A stretch of DNA of 64,000 bases from Akkermansiaceae bacterium. Lineage in GTDB: Bacteria; Verrucomicrobiota; Verrucomicrobiia; Verrucomicrobiales; Akkermansiaceae. The stretch's first letter is position 1. Every line of letters begins with the position of its first letter. Under the pieces are notes generated by a model. It worked only from the letters and a program-made list of their open reading frames with translations. It searched no databases and was not told the origin of the DNA. Shown here in pieces: positions 9,543 through 15,432 of this stretch. The stretch is taken from positions 128,001 to 192,000 of the forward strand of contig JBPOGF010000003.1 of assembly GCA_051251915.1 (NCBI GenBank), written 5' to 3'. The translations under genes were made by a program, and so were the position numbers.

Positions 9543-9964
9543 GTCCCGTATAGCTTCGCACGTGATGACACGAGTCTAGGGTAGCGGGCTCTGGGTGGTG
9601 GTTAGTTATGCGGTTTTGATTTTGTTTTCTGCCTTAGTGGGTTGTTGCACCAGTGGGTGTTCTTAGGGGCGTTTGATGCCATACGAAGGTGCCGATTACC
9701 GAGCGGCGGGGCTGTTCGGTAATCAAATCGAGGCCTAATGGGATGGAGTGTGATTAATGATGATACTGTGGCTTTCATTGTGGCGGGTGGGTCAAAATAT
9801 GTAAAACAAGTAGCCTCCCACTTAGTTCTACAATGGTGGGGGCAACAGCTACACACTGAAATGAGTCTTGTCGCCCAGTAAGTCACCAGAGGCGCCTTGT
9901 GCGGGAAAACTGCACGTAGGGATCTGCGAGGGGGAGGTCATGCAACTGACGTTCCTAGCTCAAT
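9543..9964 (+). mobile_element. Internally deleted group II intron remnant (IIB-like, probably bacterial class D/E/F) inserted after the GTT of attC R'
   Basis: Domain V GCGCCTTGTGCGGGAAAACTGCACGTAGGGATC (9892-9924). Domain VI hairpin GTCA-TGCAAC-TGAC, ending CCTAGCTCAAT at 9964. A putative IEP tail QWWGQQLHTEMSLVAQ* is shared with the second copy. The 5' end (GTCCCG) is degenerate. Confidence 0.75.
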
Positions 9965-9984
9965 CGCTAAAAAAGGCCTCGCTT

Positions 9985-10006
9985 TGTAGCCGAATAGAGC
10001 TACATT
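9985..10006 (+). promoter_or_regulatory. TA operator inverted repeat overlapping -10 box
   Basis: TGTAGC-N8-GCTACA (9985-10004) overlapping TACATT (10001-10006), 6 nt before ATG 10013, suggesting a leaderless transcript. Confidence 0.6.
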
Positions 10007-10012
10007 GTGCAT

Positions 10013-10243
10013 ATGAGTGATACAGTAGTAAGAGCACGTGTAGATCCTCGCTTAAAGACAGATGCAGAAGCTGTTTTTCAAGAGTTGGGATTAAGCACCA
10101 CAGAAGCCATAAGAATGTTCCTGTCACAGGTTCGATTAAGACGTGGTTTACCATTTCCCGTTACATTACCCACCGATAATGACGATCTTTTAGTGAGTGG
10201 TTCCATGCGTCAGTCAGCCCTTGATTCAGTGTTCGATGACTAA
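10013..10243 (+). CDS. Type II antitoxin, RelB/DinJ family (cassette 2)
   Basis: MSDTVVRARVDPRLKTDAEAVFQELGLSTTEAIRMFLSQVRLRRGLPF, a classic RHH RelB/DinJ pattern. Confidence 0.88.
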   Translation: MSDTVVRARVDPRLKTDAEAVFQELGLSTTEAIRMFLSQVRLRRGLPFPVTLPTDNDDLLVSGSMRQSALDSVFDD

Positions 10244-10553
10244 GCCTGGAGAGGTATACCGAGTTGATCTTGGTCTTGGCGGTAAGGTGCGGATGATGAT
10301 GGTCGTTTCACGATATGATGTATCTGCACCTAGAGCACTTTCATTATGCGTTCCGATTACTTCAGCGTATCGTGAGTCTGATTATGAAGTTGCCTTGCCC
10401 ACAATGCCGTTTCTGACGATGAAGAGTTTCGCTAATGTACAAGGCTTGCAGGCTATCCAAGATCATGAGTTACAAGATAAGGTGGGGCTATTTTACGGTG
10501 TGGTTCTCGATGATGTGAAAGCAGCTCTACGTTACGCTTTAGATCTAAAATAA
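10236..10553 (+). CDS. Type II toxin, PemK/MazF family (cassette 2)
   Basis: MTKPGEVYRVDLGLGGKVRMMMVVS...CVPITS...SFANVQGLQAI. ATG 10236 overlaps the antitoxin end. Confidence 0.85.
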   Translation: MTKPGEVYRVDLGLGGKVRMMMVVSRYDVSAPRALSLCVPITSAYRESDYEVALPTMPFLTMKSFANVQGLQAIQDHELQDKVGLFYGVVLDDVKAALRYALDLK

Positions 10554-10564
10554 CAAGACAGTGA

Positions 10565-10875
10565 ATCGGGTAGGTGAGGGATTTTAACTCTCTCCCCCGT
10601 ACCACCTGCCATATGGTTTTGCCTACGGGCTCTGCGGATAGACTTTGTATTGAGAAGAGCGGTGTAGCGCGGCGGTTAGCATGTATCATACATACTTCCT
10701 CTTAGGTTGTTTTAGTAATTTATTGAGGGTAGTGAGCATTTACTCATTGGGCTTCTATGCTTCGGAGTTCTTGGTCATCGCGTTTCTTACGATTTCTATG
10801 TTGCAGATCCGCCAAGTTTCTTAGCGACTGGCTCGTGGCCAGCTTCTTGAGCCATTGGTTTGGAGATTGGCAACT
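10565..10875 (-). mobile_element. Group IIC(-attC) intron 3' remnant with decayed IEP C-terminus
   Basis: Minus strand reads ...CCATATGGCAGGTGGT-ACGGGGGAGAGAGTTAAAATCCCTCACCTACCCGAT (class C DV 3' strand plus DVI, ending at 10565). Upstream frameshifted peptides ASR*ETWRICNIEIVRNAMT and DQELRSIEAQ*VNAHYPQ* (stop 10720-10722) resemble the class C maturase tail (SRKGxWR...W..xHYP). The junction splits AGTGA|AC, an inverse core site. Confidence 0.72.
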
Positions 10876-11108
10876 ACCCCAGCCTGCGAAAATGCAATGG
10901 CAAGCACAACAGCTACAAACTGAAATGAGTCTTGCCAGCCAGTAAGTCACAAGAGTATCTTATACAAGAAGTCCGAATACATGAAACATAAGAACACATC
11001 AGAAGCTGAGCAACTGGACTGCGCGTTCACCAGAGGAGCCTTATGCGGGAAAACCGCATGTAGGGATCTGCGAGAGAGGCGTCAGGCAACTGACGTACCT
11101 AACTTAAT
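10876..11108 (+). mobile_element. Second IIB-like group II intron 3' remnant
   Basis: Domain V GAGCCTTATGCGGGAAAACCGCATGTAGGGATC with AGC triad; domain VI CGTCAGGCAACTGACG, ending CCTAACTTAAT at 11108; IEP tail QWQAQQLQTEMSLASQ*. Homologous to 9831-9964. Left boundary is approximate. Confidence 0.78.
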
Positions 11109-11119
11109 CTGCCCAAAAT

Positions 11120-11515
11120 ATGCAATTTGACATTAAAGTACCACCAGCTGGAGAAGCTGTCAAAAATTGCCGTCTGGTGAAGTGGCACAAGGAACACAGG
11201 GCACTGGTGAAAGCAGGAGAATGTATCGCGACTTTAGAAACCGATAAGATTTCCTGGGACTTGGAAGCTGAATACTCAGGTGTTCTCCTGCACGAGGCCG
11301 ATGAAGGCTTAGAACTTAATGTAGGCCAAGTTTTCGGAACGATTGATGAAGATGGAGTGTCTATCAGTGATCTCAACAAGGTTCCATTCATGCATAGGAA
11401 GGCTGATGACTCCAATGGTTTCATCTCAATGATTCCTAGCATTATCCTGTCGATGGCGAAGATGTTTCTAATTATTCTTGGTCTTATGCATTTATACAAA
11501 ATCTTAATCTCATGA
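11120..11515 (+). CDS. Integron cassette 3: stand-alone lipoyl domain with C-terminal hydrophobic helix
   Basis: IKVPPAGEAV...VKWHK...VKAGECIATLETDKISWDLEAEYSGVL (ETDK lipoylation motif). C-terminus IPSIILSMAKMFLIILGLMHLYKILIS. Followed by attC. Confidence 0.8.
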   Translation: MQFDIKVPPAGEAVKNCRLVKWHKEHRALVKAGECIATLETDKISWDLEAEYSGVLLHEADEGLELNVGQVFGTIDEDGVSISDLNKVPFMHRKADDSNGFISMIPSIILSMAKMFLIILGLMHLYKILIS

Positions 11516-11539
11516 CACAGCGAACTTGAGAATTATCTA

Positions 11540-11669
11540 GCCGAACAAGTGGAGACACAGCAATTCCTATCAGCCGTTCTGCTTACATGTTACCCTATAA
11601 TTTCAGCCTTAACCCCGTGATCGACGCTCGTCCCCGCTGCTAGGGGGTGCGAGCTCTATGACGATGTGC
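11540..11669 (+). other. Long (~130 nt) degenerate attC site (cassette 3)
   Basis: R'' GCCGAAC; the arms CCTA-T-CAGC and GCTG-C-TAGG pair. R' reads GATGTGC, i.e. the core GTT appears mutated to GAT. Confidence 0.6.
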
Positions 11670-11686
11670 TAAAATAGACCTCTAAA

Positions 11687-11833
11687 ATGAATCCAGACAC
11701 ATGGAACAAACTTACACCGAATTAGAAATCGGCTGTGCGATCACTATCACCTCAGTTTATCAAAGCTGTTCAGTCATCGAGTGCTCGTGATGGTTTTTAT
11801 GGGGGGGCTTTTTATGGGGCTTTTGAGAGGTGA
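11687..11833 (+). pseudogene. Possible decayed fourth cassette ORF
   Basis: ATG just after the attC; MNPDTWNKLTPN*KSAVRSLSPQFIKAVQSS... with an internal TAG. Confidence 0.3.
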
Positions 11834-11928
11834 GTTTACTGTGGGTTTATGGCTATTGTAATGTATAACTCGATGTTGTGGTTTAGTTCTTGTGGGTGAG
11901 GGGTGAAGTTTGGTGAAGTGTAGTGGTT

Positions 11929-12345
11929 ATGTTTAAGAGTGCTTATGAAGAAGTTGGGGGGATGGTTTATTTCGCGAGGATGGTGGAGAAGATACGGATG
12001 CATGCGAGGGGGGAGCTTCCGGAGGAGTATGTGGGTTATTTGGGGGGTGGGTTTGATGGGCGTTGTGTGGAGTTTCTGGGGGTGAGTTATGAGGATGTTC
12101 GGAAGTTGGTTTTAGATGGGGAAACTGATGATGTTGTATTGGAATGGTGTGAGAGAAATGGGATGTCTAGGTCTGGTGAAGAGAAATTGGTATGGAATGA
12201 GTTTATGATGAAGAGGGGGTGGAGGGATAGTGGTTCTTCTGCTGGTAGCTTTCAGCAATACAAGGATAAGTATGGTTTGGGAGAGCGGGGAGATATCAAA
12301 ACGTATTTTGATTTTTTTGAGGTTGATGAGGGGAGGTCAACGTAG
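11929..12345 (+). CDS. DUF5069 domain protein
   Basis: SAYEEVGGMVYFARMVEKIRMHARGELPEEY...GFDGRCVEFLGVSY...FDFFEVDEGR. Confidence 0.8.
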   Translation: MFKSAYEEVGGMVYFARMVEKIRMHARGELPEEYVGYLGGGFDGRCVEFLGVSYEDVRKLVLDGETDDVVLEWCERNGMSRSGEEKLVWNEFMMKRGWRDSGSSAGSFQQYKDKYGLGERGDIKTYFDFFEVDEGRST

Positions 12346-12356
12346 ACAATCAACAA

Positions 12357-12713
12357 GTGATGGTATCAATTAAACAATTTTTTCACTGGAAGGGGGCCTT
12401 TTCCCAAGGCGAATTATTCCTAACTATTGTGGGCGGTTATTTTTTGATCTTAGGGATCGGGTTCATGCAAGATTATGTGAAGGAGTATTCTTGGGCGGAA
12501 GACTTAGGGTTACTGATGTTTCCTATCATCCTCTTCTATGGTGTGGCTGTGGGGAAGAGGTTTAGAGATACAGGTTCATCTGCTTGGTATGGGATAGCAG
12601 GGGTGTTAATACCTATTATTGGTTTTGCTATGTTATTTATTCCAGGAGAGAAATCTAAGCCTAAAAAAAGTGATGCAGCTTTAAGGGGTAGTGGGGCAGA
12701 TGAGGAGGCTTAA
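12357..12713 (+). CDS. DUF805 family membrane protein
   Basis: FFHWKG..S..E; AVGKRFRDTGSSAWY; LFIPG; three hydrophobic segments. Confidence 0.7.
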   Translation: MMVSIKQFFHWKGAFSQGELFLTIVGGYFLILGIGFMQDYVKEYSWAEDLGLLMFPIILFYGVAVGKRFRDTGSSAWYGIAGVLIPIIGFAMLFIPGEKSKPKKSDAALRGSGADEEA

Positions 12714-12756
12714 ATCATGTGGGATCCAGGTTGTGAAGTCCTTGGGATTTCTCGGA

Positions 12757-13311
12757 TTATGAGGTGGAGAGTTGTTTGATGATGCGGGCGGGGGTGCCGG
12801 CTGCTATGACGTCGGGGGGGATGTCTTTGGTGACTACGCTGCCGGCTCCGATGATGGATCTGTCGCCGATGGTGATGCCTGGGTTGATGATGGCGGCGCC
12901 GCCGATCCAGACGTCTGCGCCGATGGTGATGGGTTTTGCGGATTCGATTCCGGTGCGGCGTTCGGCTGCGTCTATGGGGTGGGTGGCGGTGTAGATCTGG
13001 ACTGAGGGGCCGATGAGGGTGTTGTCTCCGATGGTGACTTTGGCGACGTCTAGGATGACGCAGTTGAAGTTGAGGAAGACGTTATTTCCTAGGGTGATGT
13101 TGGTGCCGTAGTCGCAGTGGAATGGGGGTTGGATGCTGGCGTTGGTGGGGTAGCCGAGGAGCTGGTGGAGGAGGTCTGCGCGGTCTTGGTCGCCGAAGGT
13201 TTGGTTTAGCTGGTGGCAGAGGGTTTGGCAGTGAAAGCGGTCTTGGGTGAGTTCTGGGTCGTGGGCGTGGTAGGGCTCGCCGGCTAGCATTTTTTCTTTT
13301 TCGGATGTCAT
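12757..13311 (-). CDS. maa: Sugar (maltose) O-acetyltransferase
   Basis: SEKEKMLAGEPY, PPFHCDYGTNI, hexapeptide repeats, IGAGSVVTKDIP. Confidence 0.85.
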   Translation of the reverse strand: MTSEKEKMLAGEPYHAHDPELTQDRFHCQTLCHQLNQTFGDQDRADLLHQLLGYPTNASIQPPFHCDYGTNITLGNNVFLNFNCVILDVAKVTIGDNTLIGPSVQIYTATHPIDAAERRTGIESAKPITIGADVWIGGAAIINPGITIGDRSIIGAGSVVTKDIPPDVIAAGTPARIIKQLSTS

Positions 13312-13358
13312 GTTAGCGGTTGGGTTGGGGTGGGGTTGGAGTTTGTGTTGGGTGATTT

Positions 13359-14105
13359 TTAGACGCCTCGTTTGGAGCCCCAGAGCTGGATGTGGAGGCG
13401 GTCTGAGAAGCGGTAGCCTTGGTCGCGGCAGATGTCTGCTAGCCAGAGGCGTTTTTGCTGGAGGGCGGCTTCTGTGCGGCCTTCTGGCATGAGGAGGATT
13501 TTGGATTTGGGGAGGTGGTAGGTTTGCTCAAGGTGCTGGACTTCTGCGAGGTCTGTCTGGGTCTGGATGACGAATTTGAACCAGGCGTTGGATTTGTTGG
13601 CGAAGTAGCGGAGGGCGTCGGGGTTGATTCTGAGTTTTTCGTCGTTGCCGCTGTTGGAGAGTTTAGCGGAGACGTTCCATTGGTCTACGGCGGTGTCCAT
13701 GAAGTCGGTAGGGATCTGGGTGCCGTTGGTCTCGATCTCGAATCTGTAGTAGGGGTCTTGGGAGCTGAGGATCTGGATGAGCTCAGTCCAGGCGGGCTGT
13801 TGGAGGAGGGGTTCGCCGCCGGTGAGGATGACGTTTTTGCATGGGTAGCTGGCGACGAGGTCTGCGACTTCTTGGGTGTCTAGGGTGGTGATGTATTCTT
13901 GTTTAGAATATTTCTTGCCGGTCTCGTGGTGCCAGGGGGTGCCTTCCCAGTTCCAGGTGTAGTCGGTATCGCACCAAGAGCAGTGGAGGTTGCAGAGGGA
14001 TGAGCGGATGAAGATGGAGGGGACGCCCATGCTGACGCCCTCGCCCTGGAGGGTGTGGAAGATCTCTGGGCGGTCGTTTAGCTTGGCTAGTTTTAGTGAT
14101 GCCAT
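13359..14105 (-). CDS. queE: 7-carboxy-7-deazaguanine synthase (radical SAM)
   Basis: EIFHTLQGEG, CNLHCSWCDT, LTGGEPLLQ, IETNGT, RLHIQLWG. Confidence 0.9.
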   Translation of the reverse strand: MASLKLAKLNDRPEIFHTLQGEGVSMGVPSIFIRSSLCNLHCSWCDTDYTWNWEGTPWHHETGKKYSKQEYITTLDTQEVADLVASYPCKNVILTGGEPLLQQPAWTELIQILSSQDPYYRFEIETNGTQIPTDFMDTAVDQWNVSAKLSNSGNDEKLRINPDALRYFANKSNAWFKFVIQTQTDLAEVQHLEQTYHLPKSKILLMPEGRTEAALQQKRLWLADICRDQGYRFSDRLHIQLWGSKRGV

Positions 14106-14148
14106 GGAGGGGACGACCGGGTTGTAGTGAGATCTGGGGATCTGGAGT

Positions 14149-15330
14149 TTATGAATTTTTAGCGAGTCCAGCTACTGCAGGAAGGGTGCAGACACCGATG
14201 ATGCCGATGACCCAGAAGATGGTGCTACCTGAGCTGTTGCTCTTGGCTGGCTTGTAGCCTTCTAGTTCTGTAGGGCCATCTAGGCCGACAGTGGCTACTA
14301 CGGGAGTTTCTAGGTCTTGAGCGGTGATGGCTGTGGGAGCAGGGCCGGCTGCGGCTCTGATTTCTTTGACCATGTCTGGGGTGACGGCGGCTGCGCTGTT
14401 GCCCATGTTGGAGCGGACGTAGGTGAGGACGTGTGCGATGTCTTCGTCGCTCATGGCTGCGTTAGGTGGCATCATTCCGTTGTACATTTGGCCTTTGACT
14501 TCGATGGGGCCTTGGAGTCCGTGGATCTGGATTTTGATGAGGTTAGCTGCTGGTCCGTTTACCCATTCTGATCCGGCTAGTGGGGGGAATGTGTTAGGGA
14601 TGCCGTCACCGGTGGGGCCGTGGCATGCGATGCACTTGGCTTGGTAGATGGCTTGTCCAGGGTGTGCGCCGCCAGTTCCAGTTGTAGCTGCTGCGTCTGG
14701 AGTGGGTGCTGGGGCAGGCTCTGGAGTTGGAGTTGGTTCTGGAGCGGGTTTAGGTTCTGTTGCTGGGGTAGCTTCGGCTTCGGGTTTAACTTCGGGTTTA
14801 GCTTCTTCAGCTGGTGCTTCTTTTGCTGCGGCAGCTGGGTCGATGAGGTCTTTTACGGTGAGCATGGCTGTGTTGCCTGCTTCTTTTGCGCGGATTGTTT
14901 TGACGGTTTCAGCGGTGATTGCTGGTGCGTTGTTGCCCAAGTTTGAGCGGACGTATGTGAGGACGTCTGCGATTTCTTGGTCCGTCATGGTTGCGTTTGG
15001 TGGCATGGCGCTGTTGAATGCGTTCCCTTTGACGGTGATGGGTCCGCTGAGTCCACGGAGTTGGATTCTGACGAGGTTTTCTGCTGGGCCGTTGACCCAT
15101 TCTGATCCTGCGACTGGTGGGAATACATTAGGGATGCCGTCACCGGTGGGTCCGTGGCATGCGATGCATTTGGTTTTGTAGAGTGCTTCACCAGGGTGTG
15201 CGTCTTGGGCATTTGCGGTAGAAAATGCAGTGCCTGCTGAGATGGCGGCAATGGCGGTGATCTTGGCGAAATAGTTAGCCATGGAGGGGAAAGAAAATGC
15301 AGTTCTTGTGGATTTGGTGAGTGTCTTCAT
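14149..15330 (-). CDS. Di-heme cytochrome c: two tandem class I domains, Pro/Ala/Glu linker, C-terminal TM anchor
   Basis: Two CIACHG motifs, each followed by FPP.AGSEWV and MPP (Met ligand); signal peptide; C-terminal IFWVIGIIGVCTL. Confidence 0.88.
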   Translation of the reverse strand: MKTLTKSTRTAFSFPSMANYFAKITAIAAISAGTAFSTANAQDAHPGEALYKTKCIACHGPTGDGIPNVFPPVAGSEWVNGPAENLVRIQLRGLSGPITVKGNAFNSAMPPNATMTDQEIADVLTYVRSNLGNNAPAITAETVKTIRAKEAGNTAMLTVKDLIDPAAAAKEAPAEEAKPEVKPEAEATPATEPKPAPEPTPTPEPAPAPTPDAAATTGTGGAHPGQAIYQAKCIACHGPTGDGIPNTFPPLAGSEWVNGPAANLIKIQIHGLQGPIEVKGQMYNGMMPPNAAMSDEDIAHVLTYVRSNMGNSAAAVTPDMVKEIRAAAGPAPTAITAQDLETPVVATVGLDGPTELEGYKPAKSNSSGSTIFWVIGIIGVCTLPAVAGLAKNS

Positions 15331-15432
15331 CGTGATCGTTCGTTAATATGCTAAAACCTTTACGATAAATGGAATGAATTTACAGCCATATTTTAGTTTA
15401 TTTTGTCGATACTGGGTTTTATTTTGAAATTG

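Noticed and set aside
9602..10950. Two similar minus-strand Cys-rich ORFs (9602-9886 and 10744-10950, MTYWxxRLISVCSCC...) that look like paralogous peptides
   Set aside because: The similarity comes from the antisense of the duplicated intron segment, so they are not independent genes.
13359..14105. queE as part of a 7-deazaguanine DNA-modification (dpd) island
   Set aside because: No dpdA/tgt-like, queC, queD or folE neighbours; the context looks like housekeeping queuosine synthesis.
14690..14830. PEPTPTPEPAP stretch as a PEP-CTERM signal
   Set aside because: It is an internal Pro-rich linker between heme domains, not a terminal PEP-TM-basic motif.
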